Below are positions 1 to 10,096 of a stretch of 64,000 bases of DNA, one piece after another (position 1 is the stretch's first letter; every line of letters starts with the position of its first letter). The position numbers and the translations under genes were made by a program. Source of the DNA: a virus; IMG/VR virus record IMGVR_UViG_3300027896_000013; one strand, written 5' to 3'. Below the pieces are notes generated by a model. It ran no database searches. It worked only from the letters and a program-made list of their open reading frames with translations, and was not told the DNA's origin.

Positions 1-519
1 CTGATCTGTTGGATACTGCATGTTAATTGAACCACTCCACAACACTTCCGACCGAATTTCATATGTACTTGCTAGATTAAATTCAGAAGGTATCTTCCAA
101 GAGATTACAATATACGGATTGTTGAATGGTATAAAATTAGACAAAATCTGATCCATGTCTGTTTGAAACTTAGTAATGACAGACATATTGACTGTAATGT
201 CAACAGGTACCGGCATTCTCATTGCAGATGTCGCAGAAGGGGCTTGTTGCAATGTTAGACCCATCGTCTTATTAAAGACTCTCTCAGTACTTCTAGTAAT
301 CCCACCCATACTGATTGAAACTACAGGTATGGTTATATTCTGGGCCTTGTTTACCAGATCATACAATACACGCTGCTTAGGAGCATACACATACCGTACT
401 TGAAGAGAGTTAGCCGCTACTCTATTAGCATCGTAACGTTTAATTATAACATTGTCAAAAGCTGACACGAAACCTGATATCAGATCACGTATTTCAAAGT
501 AAAATTGCTGCGACTTCAT
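1..519 (-). CDS. gp15: T4 gp15-like tail terminator/sheath stabiliser (partial, runs off window)
   Basis: Not in the ORF track; hand translation gives MKSQQFYFEIRDLISGFVSAFDNVIIKRYD...VRYVYAPKQRVL...MPVPVDITVNMSVITKFQTDMDQILSNFIPFNNP, matching gp15 motifs. Late box TAAATA (526-531) lies 6 nt before the ATG. Confidence 0.85.
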   Translation of the reverse strand, partial: MKSQQFYFEIRDLISGFVSAFDNVIIKRYDANRVAANSLQVRYVYAPKQRVLYDLVNKAQNITIPVVSISMGGITRSTERVFNKTMGLTLQQAPSATSAMRMPVPVDITVNMSVITKFQTDMDQILSNFIPFNNPYIVISWKIPSEFNLASTYEIRSEVLWSGSINMQYPTDQ

Positions 520-528
520 TAAACATAT

Positions 529-2160
529 TTATGCGAATCTGCTAATAAAGTGAGCTGGTAACTTATCCAAAGACTTTTGCAATACATCAACTGTATTACC
601 ATCTAAGATATAGGTAACTGAGTGGTCATCAGCACTCCTTGTAGCTCTACCAGTTGTCTGTACAAGAGTACTCAACATTTTATTCTGATACCATACCTTA
701 TCGTTTTCAAACAATCTGCTTACTCTCTTATTGTATAGAGGTGCATAAGGTAGCTTAACTATAATTTGAAATCTCGCGAGATCATCTTTTAAGTCAACAC
801 CATGTGTCAATGACGGGCTCACTAACACAGTCGCCTCCGTCGTTTCAGAGTGTTGTTTAAGAATGTGTTCATTCTTCTCCTTACCTTTACGAAACAAAAA
901 CCGATCGTCATTGCTAAAGTACGTGTTTAGATAATCACAAATCTCTTGACTGTGAGTATGTATCACACCTTTTTCTGTTGCGTGTTGATCACATATCTTT
1001 TTAATATCAGCGCATATTTGAGGCAGCAACCCTTTAAGATTTTTATAATTCAGTCTATATCTCGTTGAAACATAAATCGGAGACTTCTTAGGGTCAAACG
1101 TACAAGGTGCTTCAATATATTCGTAATCTGTTATACCTAGCACCTTAGCAAAGTTCTTATGGTCTACTATCGTTGCAGATAACAACAATATCTTTTCACC
1201 ATGATCGAAGATAGATTTTGAAAGCTTGTCAACTCGGAGAGGTGTAAAATTTACACCTTCAGCTGTACGATCAACGATATATTCACTATCAGTCCAAGAT
1301 TCATCAACCTGTGTAAGTGATGTGTGGAGATTTTTCAGCAACGTTATTCTATTCTTCTCAGCAACAGTTGGTACACCTTTTCTTTCACGTATAGATGTTT
1401 GAATTGCTTTTGCTCTAGTATCAACCGAATCTCTTACATCTGCAATCCATGAACGAGCTTCTAGAAGATCATCCGTTATTAGCGGTTTAAACCTAACATC
1501 AGCATACTTCAGCTTAGCGTATACAACCTCGGCGGAGAATTGTTTAACCAACTCCTCTTCTAATTCAGACGCTTCATCACAGATTATAAAATCACGTCTC
1601 TTAACATGACTGGGTAGTGCAGAGAACATCTTGTAATTGGTAACAGTAAATTGTGCAATCAAACCATCGTTGCGAGCGTTATAGTATGGACATTTGTTTT
1701 CTTTCTGACACTCTTCTCTTATGTATGCCGCAAATACACAAGGTGCAGTCTCTACGTCATAATTCTCATCTACAACACAAGCATAGTTTGATTTTCCCTT
1801 TACCAAGCAGGTATCAGTGAACAAATCTAGATATTGATCCTGCAGAGCTTTTGTAACTGTTATTGCAATAGCACCATGTGAACCTTCAGCAAGGCATTGC
1901 ATATCATTAATATATTCACCTAAATGGTTTTGTTCAAAAGCTTCATATGTTTTTATCAAGTTAATAAAATCAGGTGTAGCCTTCTTGGCATTATTTGCTA
2001 GCGTTTTTGCAATTAGAGATTTACCGCTACCTGTAGAAGCATTACATATTACGAACTTCTTACCTTTCTTAAATGCAGCTTCAATTTGAGGTATAAGATT
2101 ACTCTGCTGAGAGTTAGGAGTATAACCAGTAGGAAATTTTGAAATGAAAGTATTATTCAC
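529..2160 (-). CDS. DinG/XPD-family SF2 helicase with Fe-S cluster
   Basis: Walker A ASTGSGKS, KGKSNYAC plus Cys cluster (APC..EC..CPYY), DEAS, LLSAT, GVDL, QTTGRATRSADD. Confidence 0.88.
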   Translation of the reverse strand: MNNTFISKFPTGYTPNSQQSNLIPQIEAAFKKGKKFVICNASTGSGKSLIAKTLANNAKKATPDFINLIKTYEAFEQNHLGEYINDMQCLAEGSHGAIAITVTKALQDQYLDLFTDTCLVKGKSNYACVVDENYDVETAPCVFAAYIREECQKENKCPYYNARNDGLIAQFTVTNYKMFSALPSHVKRRDFIICDEASELEEELVKQFSAEVVYAKLKYADVRFKPLITDDLLEARSWIADVRDSVDTRAKAIQTSIRERKGVPTVAEKNRITLLKNLHTSLTQVDESWTDSEYIVDRTAEGVNFTPLRVDKLSKSIFDHGEKILLLSATIVDHKNFAKVLGITDYEYIEAPCTFDPKKSPIYVSTRYRLNYKNLKGLLPQICADIKKICDQHATEKGVIHTHSQEICDYLNTYFSNDDRFLFRKGKEKNEHILKQHSETTEATVLVSPSLTHGVDLKDDLARFQIIVKLPYAPLYNKRVSRLFENDKVWYQNKMLSTLVQTTGRATRSADDHSVTYILDGNTVDVLQKSLDKLPAHFISRFA

Positions 2161-2181
2161 GTGAATAGACTAATCTAAAAA

Positions 2182-2544
2182 CTACTTATGTGCAAGTGTT
2201 TTTCTTAGAATACTTACTTCTGTGTCGTAAAATTTAGACGGCTTTCCGAAGAAATAAAACTTCATCATGTGTTGGAGTTCAGCATCCGTGTTTATAAACT
2301 TATCAACTTTATAAGATAAGGTAACACCATTTGTGGAGTTTGTATAGAAGAACGGGTAAGGCATTTCAAATAATACAAGCTTGCTGTTATCTGCTAGCTG
2401 CAGCCTGAAGTTTAGATAGAAGTCTTTAACCGAAAATAATATAAGCTTACCCTCTTTTAGCGTCTTATTCTTATGTGTAAATATTATCTCTTGCTGGAGC
2501 AACGAGCTCATATCTTTTTCGATTGCTTCAGTTATAATATTCAT
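2182..2544 (-). CDS. hypothetical protein
   Basis: 120 aa ORF, 4-nt overlap with the upstream gene in the same operon. Confidence 0.7.
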   Translation of the reverse strand: MNIITEAIEKDMSSLLQQEIIFTHKNKTLKEGKLILFSVKDFYLNFRLQLADNSKLVLFEMPYPFFYTNSTNGVTLSYKVDKFINTDAELQHMMKFYFFGKPSKFYDTEVSILRKTLAHK

Positions 2545-2918
2545 TGTCGCATAAACTCCATTTTTTGCTTAGTGTCTATTAGAGCTAAGCGCTCATTAAA
2601 AAACTTCCAGAACCCTGCCGTTGGCACCACGCTGATCAGCTCACAAGCATTCATACTAATCAATCTATAATCCTGCATGAATATATCCCACGCTAATACT
2701 AAATCCTTTTGCGTAAGATCATATCTATGTCTATTGTTATAGGCTGGTCTAAAATTGAGCGCTATTCGACCCTGCGGGCTATTTAATAGTGTAAGGTCGC
2801 TAGTGCACAACATACGACGAGTAGGAGGCTCACCATGCTTGACGCGCCTTCTCATAAACTTTATTTCTGCAACGTTATGCTGCAGAAGAGTTTGTAAGGA
2901 TGCTCGCGACACTCTCAT
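2541..2918 (-). CDS. DUF2693/WYL_2-like SH3/Sm-barrel protein
   Basis: LLQHNVAEIKF.RR...TRRMLCT...LVLAWDIFMQDYRLI pattern typical of this T4-like family. Confidence 0.6.
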   Translation of the reverse strand: MRVSRASLQTLLQHNVAEIKFMRRRVKHGEPPTRRMLCTSDLTLLNSPQGRIALNFRPAYNNRHRYDLTQKDLVLAWDIFMQDYRLISMNACELISVVPTAGFWKFFNERLALIDTKQKMEFMRQ

Positions 2919-3324
2919 CGTTAGATTTGTCTATTTCACAGATACCGAAAATACGCTGCTCGTTAAGGAATATACCCTTACCGAGTGTACCCGAACCAGC
3001 CACGTCAATATCTGACACAGGAATACCAAGATTATGCGGAAACAGAACATAGTCACCGACCTTTGTGATCTTCACACCGTTACCTGCGAGAATGACTTTA
3101 CCAATACGCCAAGCCTTAGTATCGGCGTTAATAGGAATGTGTAGACCTCTGCGCTGAATGGTGGTACCATCATTAGACTCATCAGCATACTCGACAAGCA
3201 GAACATCGTCGAGTATTGTTCTCAGTTTATAACCGTAGAACACTGAGTTGAAACTATTCTTCGGAAGTGCAGAGAGATCGATTAAACTCTTCTGCGGCAA
3301 TAACATGTTGATATCAGCTGGCAT
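2875..3324 (-). CDS. groES: GroES-like co-chaperonin (gp31 analogue)
   Basis: DDVLLVE...GLHIP...IGKVILAGNG...KVGDYVLFP...FLNEQRIFGI; a TATAACTA late-like box lies 5 nt upstream. Confidence 0.8.
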   Translation of the reverse strand: MPADINMLLPQKSLIDLSALPKNSFNSVFYGYKLRTILDDVLLVEYADESNDGTTIQRRGLHIPINADTKAWRIGKVILAGNGVKITKVGDYVLFPHNLGIPVSDIDVAGSGTLGKGIFLNEQRIFGICEIDKSNDESVASILTNSSAA

Positions 3325-3354
3325 AAAAGTAGTTATACCAGCTTGGTGTGTTAA

Positions 3355-3630
3355 TCAACTTATCACATCACCATTGGCTTCCATCTTCTTATCTTCATAA
3401 GGAGACAACTTACGGCGGTAGAACTCTTGCTTAACACATTCTAGAGCACCGATAAGGTTATTACCTAGAGTGTATGATGGATTTCTCTCCCAAAGACGCC
3501 AGATAATACTAGAAATTACGTAGTTTACATTACCAACACTAACACCACATTCAAGTGGGTATAGCTTATCGACTAATGCATCAATCTGCTTTTCAAACGC
3601 TTTGCGGTTTTCTTTTTCAATATATGGCAT
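3355..3630 (-). CDS. conserved phage hypothetical protein (helical)
   Basis: MPYI...GNVNYVIS...IGALECVKQEFYRR..SPYEDKK...NGDV, a recurrent phage family signature. Confidence 0.7.
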   Translation of the reverse strand: MPYIEKENRKAFEKQIDALVDKLYPLECGVSVGNVNYVISSIIWRLWERNPSYTLGNNLIGALECVKQEFYRRKLSPYEDKKMEANGDVIS

Positions 3631-3633
3631 AAT

Positions 3634-3999
3634 TTATCCTTGTAATTCTTTATACATTCTAACCTCTCTTTGGCTAATTTCAAGAGCATTAGCAATGAGC
3701 GGTATTGACTCATCTTCTTGTATTTTATCTTCTTTAGGTTTCTTAATATACGCTATTCGTTTGTTCCGGAGCTTCGGATATATTGAAACGAAGAAATTAA
3801 ACAAATCCTGCTTACACTTAAACAATCCAGAGTATTTGTTAGTTGTTGTGTTGACCACAGTAGCCATCTCAGGTGAGTGCATTGATATCCACCTATTAAC
3901 CATGAATGGTTGAAAAGATTGCTCATCATCTGCTGTAGAGAACGTAGAGCGATTCTTCGTATTTAAAATCGCACCTACATAATCAAATATAGTACTCAT
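3634..3999 (-). CDS. gp62: clamp loader small subunit (gp62-like)
   Basis: IFDYVGAILNTK...FQPFMVNRWISM...QDLFNFF...IAYIKK...IANALEISQREVRMY. Confidence 0.75.
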   Translation of the reverse strand: MSTIFDYVGAILNTKNRSTFSTADDEQSFQPFMVNRWISMHSPEMATVVNTTTNKYSGLFKCKQDLFNFFVSIYPKLRNKRIAYIKKPKEDKIQEDESIPLIANALEISQREVRMYKELQG

Positions 4000-4001
4000 A
4001 A

Positions 4002-4634
4002 TTATTTTACGTAAAGCATTCCCTTATCACCTTGCATTATATCCGTATTATCTATAGGATGATAATCTAATTCAAATTGTATAGTTCGTTGTATATCAGT
4101 GCAAGCAATTTGTGTATATTTTAACTGCTTTAGAATACTGAGACATTCTAGTACATACTCTCGATCTCTGCTTAACCATTCGAATGCAATTAGAGGTACT
4201 TTATGAGTAAGTGATCGAAATGCTAAATGCTCTCTACCTTCTATGCTCAGTTTAATAAGATCAGGCATACCATATTGATTGATTAAATGATCAAGAGTTA
4301 CAGATTTAACGCTTATCACGTCTTGTACTGTCTGTAGCAGATCAAAATACTCATCAATGAAAGCTGTTTTTTTTGTGATTCTTGCGTGGTGTTTAAAGTC
4401 AGGCCAAAGAAAGCTATTACCAGATTCCTTTGATAAGAAGAAACTAACTTTGTCAGATACAACATCTGACACTACACCCTCGATGAGATTAACACAATTC
4501 AAAGGAGATAGTTTAAATAGAGTACAAAATGTTGGGTGGCCTTCTACTGCAACTATATCCACTTCGGGGTACGCTGATATAACAGACCTAGTGTAATCTC
4601 CATGGTTGTAACCTATGTCGAATACTAGCTTCAT
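4002..4634 (-). CDS. FkbM-family SAM methyltransferase
   Basis: VFDIGYNHG, VAVEG, TLDHLI..YG.PDLIKLSIEGRE (usual KIDVEG Asp is Ser). Confidence 0.8.
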   Translation of the reverse strand: MKLVFDIGYNHGDYTRSVISAYPEVDIVAVEGHPTFCTLFKLSPLNCVNLIEGVVSDVVSDKVSFFLSKESGNSFLWPDFKHHARITKKTAFIDEYFDLLQTVQDVISVKSVTLDHLINQYGMPDLIKLSIEGREHLAFRSLTHKVPLIAFEWLSRDREYVLECLSILKQLKYTQIACTDIQRTIQFELDYHPIDNTDIMQGDKGMLYVK

Positions 4635-4639
4635 TTATA

Positions 4640-5221
4640 CTAGGTAACCTTCGTCGTAGCAATAAACAGGTCGTCTACCAAAGGATAAAACATTGCAACG
4701 ACATCATTCATAAACGCTGTTGCTTGTTCATCTGTCAGATTTGTAGAGTATGCAAATGCTGGTGCACTCTTACCTGCAGTAATATTGATACCAGTATGTC
4801 CGAGTGCAATATTGTTTCTCGACACCGTTATACTAACACTGGACTTACCTTTAAGTTGCGTAATACCACCTTGAGTGTGTTCTGCATGAACAATCAAATC
4901 ATCTCCATCAACTTCAATAGGTTTGTGAATATACTTTGAACTGAGAAGATTAGCGATCTGAGTATTGAACAACCGCTGAAATGCGACTGCACCGAGTGGG
5001 CAAAGGTTAGGAATCTCCCAACAGAAGTTGATAGCATCATCACTCTTAATAAAGTCGTTGTTCAATGAGTCTTCAAGATCGATCAAATTAATCGTAACGT
5101 CCATCGGAGCTCTGAAAGCGATAATATTACCGATCGGTAGAGTCTTATCACGAAAATACTTGTAAGCAAAACGAGAGTGGATGGTGTCGCCGTTGTAGAC
5201 TTTAATATCAGGAATAATCAT
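4640..5221 (-). CDS. DUF366-like protein (BPL/LplA-like fold)
   Basis: YNG..IH..FAY, NIIAFRAPMDV, IDLED, AVAFQRL, VDGDDL, GKSSVSI, GHTGINI. Confidence 0.7.
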   Translation of the reverse strand: MIIPDIKVYNGDTIHSRFAYKYFRDKTLPIGNIIAFRAPMDVTINLIDLEDSLNNDFIKSDDAINFCWEIPNLCPLGAVAFQRLFNTQIANLLSSKYIHKPIEVDGDDLIVHAEHTQGGITQLKGKSSVSITVSRNNIALGHTGINITAGKSAPAFAYSTNLTDEQATAFMNDVVAMFYPLVDDLFIATTKVT

Positions 5222-5246
5222 AAAAATATTATAGCTTATATTTTTA

Positions 5247-6086
5247 TCAATTCAACGTGTTATGTATTTTATTTACGAAGCTTTTTGCCATAGATTGAGT
5301 CGTGTTGTGTTGTATTAAGTGGTTGTAAAAATCTTCTTGTAATTCGTCATACTTTGAACCAGCTAGAAGCTTCTTACATAGATCTTTAGGAAAGGATACC
5401 ATTGTAAGATCTGGACACTTATCTATGCCTATGAAATATGGTAAGCACCCGTTAGCCATAATCTCGTAATGTCTCATGCAATCCCAACCTGCCTTTTTTG
5501 TGGTAACACCGTAACGAGCCTCCTGATATCCTTTGTAATAACCTTCTTCGTTTTTATAAATGTAGGTTGATCGATCTCTAGGATCACATATAGAGAAATC
5601 TCGAGTCTTAGTGGTGCAATATTTTATTTTGTCTGTGGGTATAGCAAAAGATATGGGATATAACCTAGCGTGATCATATATTAGCTCTCGCTTAAAATAC
5701 AATACACCTAGATTATAAACTGGATGTATGTTTGTTTCATCTTCACCGTCTACAGCAATTACTTTATTTGGTGGGTAATATTTTAGTATGTCTGTAATAT
5801 AGTCTGAAAATCTCCAGATTGAACCATATACAATGAAATCATAGAATTTATTCTTTATCTTTGCAGTTATATCGCTTCGATCAGCTGTATCATCCGGAAG
5901 CACTCTAGTAACGGAAAACCCTTTACCGTACAGTCTGCTAGCGGCGTCTTTATCGAATGCAATATAGTTATGAAGTTGCTTATTATGATCTACTACATCA
6001 CTACCAAATAGCTCCTTTAAACCTATCAATAAACAATCATTTTGATAGTCTACGTGGTCGCCTTTTGTCAAATATAATATCTTCAC
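5247..6086 (-). CDS. glycosyltransferase (GT-B-like)
   Basis: DYQND.LLIGL, VDGED, YFKREL, KKAGWDCMRHYEIMANGCLPYF. Confidence 0.75.
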   Translation of the reverse strand: MKILYLTKGDHVDYQNDCLLIGLKELFGSDVVDHNKQLHNYIAFDKDAASRLYGKGFSVTRVLPDDTADRSDITAKIKNKFYDFIVYGSIWRFSDYITDILKYYPPNKVIAVDGEDETNIHPVYNLGVLYFKRELIYDHARLYPISFAIPTDKIKYCTTKTRDFSICDPRDRSTYIYKNEEGYYKGYQEARYGVTTKKAGWDCMRHYEIMANGCLPYFIGIDKCPDLTMVSFPKDLCKKLLAGSKYDELQEDFYNHLIQHNTTQSMAKSFVNKIHNTLN

Positions 6087-7027
6087 TATGACAGAAATAC
6101 CTTGTTAAATTGATCCATAACATTTTTTGGTGTATATTCAGCTACTAAGTTCTTGTAGCACCCTACTGTACGCATTTCTGTTTTAAAATTTAGAAGATGA
6201 AATAAACACTCCTCTGCATTTGAATACCACATACCTAAGTCTTTTAACAGTGTACGATGAGCTTGGTCTAGACCATGTATGCTAGCTATAACAGGTTTAT
6301 CTAGAAAAAGAAACTCACTAATAGCTAACCCAAAGCTTTCACCGTGATTTCTTGCATGTATCATAGCATCACACATGCAGATATAATTAGACTTGTTTTG
6401 TAGGTCATATGTACCTTCTATGTAGATAATATTTTTATGTGTATAGAATGGACGGGTATTCATAAAAACAAAATACAAATCATCTCGCTTTTCAACAGCC
6501 TCTATAACAGCTTGATGTACATACGGGAGATCAAACTCTGTATAGCCACCGTGACGACCTATAACAGTAGCGTTTTGCGGTATACCTAGTTTATCCTTTA
6601 AACTGAAATCGTTAGGCTGGGGTAGATCGACAACATATGGTACATACACATCGCTCTCCATTTTATTAGCCAACCACTTCGAGATGTATGCGTATTTGTC
6701 TCCATGAGGTTCGCTTCGCTGAAATACAGCGTGAACTATATTCTTAACATTAGGAACTAGTAATCCATCGTTTTCACCTGCTTTTTGATAATAAACATAT
6801 TCTATATTGTTCTTATAAACAAACTCAAATGACTCTTCGAATCGGTCATATAGAAATACTTCAAAACGGTCTTGAAACTTTTTAAGTGTACTCAGGTCTT
6901 TATTTTTACTAGATATGATGTATGACTTATTACCTAGTATAGTCTCATTGTATAAGGCGTAATCATAAAGCGCAACTTCAGTACCTCTAATACCTAGCTG
7001 ATTTGAATGAAAAGCTATCTTCTTCAT
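6086..7027 (-). CDS. glycosyltransferase family 4-like
   Basis: RGTEVALYDYA, VIGRHGG, CDAMIHAR..GESFGLAISEF. Confidence 0.85.
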   Translation of the reverse strand: MKKIAFHSNQLGIRGTEVALYDYALYNETILGNKSYIISSKNKDLSTLKKFQDRFEVFLYDRFEESFEFVYKNNIEYVYYQKAGENDGLLVPNVKNIVHAVFQRSEPHGDKYAYISKWLANKMESDVYVPYVVDLPQPNDFSLKDKLGIPQNATVIGRHGGYTEFDLPYVHQAVIEAVEKRDDLYFVFMNTRPFYTHKNIIYIEGTYDLQNKSNYICMCDAMIHARNHGESFGLAISEFLFLDKPVIASIHGLDQAHRTLLKDLGMWYSNAEECLFHLLNFKTEMRTVGCYKNLVAEYTPKNVMDQFNKVFLS

Positions 7028-7716
7028 ACATTATTTCCCCACTTCTTAAATAAGTTTTGAGATTGACCATCCGTCATATTGTGTTTATTCTCGCTTGTTA
7101 GTAGATGATGTGAACCACTCACCATATGATACACTCTACTGTTACATACCAGAGCGTGTTTAATATTCTTAGATTGCAGAGATAGAGCGTAGTCATTGTC
7201 TTGATACCAGAATTCAAATTTCTCATCAAACAATTTACACTGCTCTATAACACTTTTATGCAACACTATACACCAGCCAGTTATCTCAAACGATGTGCGA
7301 TAACCTAAGTGAAAGAGCTTATCCGGTTTCATTCCTCTTTTTATATGCCAATTAGGTTCCCACGGTGAGAGTGATTTTATATCCGGGTACTGTTCGTATA
7401 CTTTATCTATTTGCGTTAACCAATTCTGAGTAAAGATTACATCATTATTTGATATGATCACCCAATCTGTTTCAAGATCCTTTATACCAAAATTAAGAAA
7501 CCTATTATAGTTAAAGGTCTCATTTGGTGTGATAACATCACATCCTTGATATACAAAACCTTCTGACAAATAGTTGGTATTTGTCTCAACTATCTTTATC
7601 TTGAAGTTAGTATCTGGTTGGGAAAGCTTTAGCGTATTAATAGCTCTCTGGGTCATACCATACAAGTTCAAGTCTTTTGTATTCGATAGGAATACGCATG
7701 TAATTTTATCTATCAT
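7024..7716 (-). CDS. glycosyltransferase family 2
   Basis: FNYNRFLNFG, ISNNDV, GWCIV, FDEKFEFWYQDND. Confidence 0.85.
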   Translation of the reverse strand: MIDKITCVFLSNTKDLNLYGMTQRAINTLKLSQPDTNFKIKIVETNTNYLSEGFVYQGCDVITPNETFNYNRFLNFGIKDLETDWVIISNNDVIFTQNWLTQIDKVYEQYPDIKSLSPWEPNWHIKRGMKPDKLFHLGYRTSFEITGWCIVLHKSVIEQCKLFDEKFEFWYQDNDYALSLQSKNIKHALVCNSRVYHMVSGSHHLLTSENKHNMTDGQSQNLFKKWGNNV

Positions 7717-8585
7717 ATGTGATGCTTTGTAAAGATATCTTTCATTATCTGTTTAACTTCGTCAGGCGTAGTATCAGGTACGCAACCTTGCCACGCTGGC
7801 AATACACCATGCTTTCGCTTAAATATTTCTGCACCTCGACGAATATTATCCTGCCAATCAGATCGCGGTCTGATAGAGCTCGACTTTTCTGAGCATTCAA
7901 TCTCATCAAGATAGTCTGTGCTGTTAGCTAAATCAGGCCAATTCCAATAAGGTGTACAGTAACCTGCTTTAGCTATCCTGTAATCGTGATCAACATGCTC
8001 AAAAGCGTTTGTATACTCTTCGTCTATTAAACCAACTTTGTCGAGAACCTCTCTGGTGTAGTAGCAAAAGGCACCTACACTGTTCTGATTAATACCTATC
8101 TGTACTCCATTACCATAGTCAACAATATATCGTGGCTTAGGAGCACCACCGGAAACATTACCTTTGTTAGCTGGCCCGTGATATGCAAAGCTAAGATGTT
8201 GTATACCAGTTTTATTTCTTGCATTTATGTAAGCATCAAATACATCTGGTCTCTTAATAACAATGTCATCTTCTATTAAAAAGATATGATCACAACCATC
8301 ATCCAGGAGCTGCTGAAACGCTATATTTTTAGATTTACCTACACCTAAATTCTGCTTATTAACCACAACTCTTAAACCACAAGCTGGTAATCGGACGAGA
8401 GGTTTGTCGGTATCTACATATGGTATATTATCTATTGCTGTACTCGTTATGTCTGAAGTTCCATCATTTACAACGACTAACTCATTAATTTTGCCGAAAG
8501 GTATAGATTTAAAACACTTTTCAAAGAAGGCTGGACGATTGCACGTTATGATACCGACGCCTATTTTTCCATTTATATCGTTCAT
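7713..8585 (-). CDS. glycosyltransferase family 2
   Basis: GIITCNR, VVNDG, NLGVGKSKN, LIEDD, GLIDE.Y..AFEHVD. Confidence 0.87.
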   Translation of the reverse strand: MNDINGKIGVGIITCNRPAFFEKCFKSIPFGKINELVVVNDGTSDITSTAIDNIPYVDTDKPLVRLPACGLRVVVNKQNLGVGKSKNIAFQQLLDDGCDHIFLIEDDIVIKRPDVFDAYINARNKTGIQHLSFAYHGPANKGNVSGGAPKPRYIVDYGNGVQIGINQNSVGAFCYYTREVLDKVGLIDEEYTNAFEHVDHDYRIAKAGYCTPYWNWPDLANSTDYLDEIECSEKSSSIRPRSDWQDNIRRGAEIFKRKHGVLPAWQGCVPDTTPDEVKQIMKDIFTKHHI

Positions 8586-8617
8586 TTGTATCTATGATAC
8601 TAACATAAATAATTAAA

Positions 8618-9304
8618 ATGGCAACTAACACAGTCAATATTATCAATCTATTGAACCTACCTCAGGCTCAATCGATTGTAGACGGTAATTTCTTTATTGT
8701 TCAGAACGAACTCGGTACTCAGATCATAGACTGGGCAGACGTACCTGTTGTTCGCGTCGATGACGCTGGTGGTAGCACAATAACATCTCTAACAGCAACA
8801 ACTATTGAAACATCTAGTGTAGTTACCACAACTCTATCAGCTCTATCAATTTTTTCAAACGGTAATACAGGTGTAACAGTCGGTGGAGAATATTACAATG
8901 CATTTACAGTTGATAACGGTATTGTAACTAGCGCTGTATATACCATTGGTAGTCCTGAATATGTAGACATTTTAACAACTCAGTTACCTACTCTATGTGC
9001 AGGGTTGTCAGATGTGTTTAAGAGGCTGTATATAGACTATACATCCGCAAATACGAGTCAATCTCAATTGGCTTCCAGTTTTGCAGTAAGCTTCACAAAT
9101 GTGACTCTCCCAACTGAGTTATCATCACCTGGTAATATAATACAACCATCAGATATTAACTGGAATTGTACACCTCCTATTACCAGTAGTCCGATGTTTA
9201 GTAACTTTCAGAATAACGCCGGTTTCTTATCAATGCAAGTTGACCTCAACTATACACCATCTGAGAGTATTGAATTCTACCTAAAGGTTACTAGAGCGTA
9301 TTAA
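8618..9304 (+). CDS. putative virion/tail-fibre-like Ser/Thr-rich protein
   Basis: N-terminal INLLNLPQAQSIVDGNFFIV...TQII motif common in fibre proteins; TAAATA (8606-8611) 6 nt upstream. Confidence 0.55.
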   Translation: MATNTVNIINLLNLPQAQSIVDGNFFIVQNELGTQIIDWADVPVVRVDDAGGSTITSLTATTIETSSVVTTTLSALSIFSNGNTGVTVGGEYYNAFTVDNGIVTSAVYTIGSPEYVDILTTQLPTLCAGLSDVFKRLYIDYTSANTSQSQLASSFAVSFTNVTLPTELSSPGNIIQPSDINWNCTPPITSSPMFSNFQNNAGFLSMQVDLNYTPSESIEFYLKVTRAY

Positions 9305-10092
9305 CTCTTGTGACGGCCGCGTTTACTTGGCGGGTCTACATAACCTGGTGAGTTTTTAACTCTTATAATCGTAGACTTTAACTGCTCCGTCTCTTTCTCT
9401 TCCTTTAGAGCGGATGTCTGCTCTCTGAGAAGTTGTTCCATCTCATTAAGATTTTCTGTTGAGAAGAGATTTCCAGTAGTTGTATTGTCAATGCTGTCAC
9501 CATACGAATTAACGTAAAACTTTATTAGTTCAATTCGCTCTAGTGGATTACCAAACACTTCTATGATAGGTGGTGCATCATCTTTGTGAAAGAACGGAGA
9601 CTTACCTTTATTGTGGCCAAACTGAACAGCTTTAAAGATATTATCAATTTCAATTCTGTATTCATTGTCAACCTCTCTACCGTCTCGAGCCTCAACCTTT
9701 ACAGGTGCTACTTTGGTTATTGGTAGAAAGAAAATGATATCAATAGCTTTCATTGCATCTTTAACAAGTGGTATACACTCATCTATAAAAGCTTTATCTA
9801 TATCTGTAGCCTTCTTATCACATGACCACAGTGAATAGATAATATTGTCCAAAGGTGACCGATCAAAGATAATATAATCACTCTTTCTGGTACCTTGTAT
9901 ATCAAGTAACAAGCACTCGAGAATTTTACGCTGACTATCTTTAGTTGTTAACTTATTTGATGGTAGCTGATGCTCCTTCAATAAATTGCGATAAGATTCA
10001 CCAGACCTCTTATACATCGGCCAGTTCTTAATAAAGTCATCAATAAGTGTTGTCTTACCTATACATTGTGTACCTGATATAGCTATTCTCAT
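9301..10092 (-). CDS. P-loop (deoxy)nucleotide kinase-like protein (AAA_28/thymidylate kinase-like)
   Basis: MRIAISGTQCIGKTT, FDRSPLDNIIYS, DG.RE; directly downstream of queE. Confidence 0.75.
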   Translation of the reverse strand: MRIAISGTQCIGKTTLIDDFIKNWPMYKRSGESYRNLLKEHQLPSNKLTTKDSQRKILECLLLDIQGTRKSDYIIFDRSPLDNIIYSLWSCDKKATDIDKAFIDECIPLVKDAMKAIDIIFFLPITKVAPVKVEARDGREVDNEYRIEIDNIFKAVQFGHNKGKSPFFHKDDAPPIIEVFGNPLERIELIKFYVNSYGDSIDNTTTGNLFSTENLNEMEQLLREQTSALKEEKETEQLKSTIIRVKNSPGYVDPPSKRGRHKS

Positions 10093-10096
10093 AAAA

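Noticed and set aside
176-403. Plus-strand 75-aa ORF and similar short antisense ORFs across the track (e.g. 10170-10598, 20286-20990, 53659-54144)
   Set aside because: They lie wholly opposite well-supported genes and have no independent signals.
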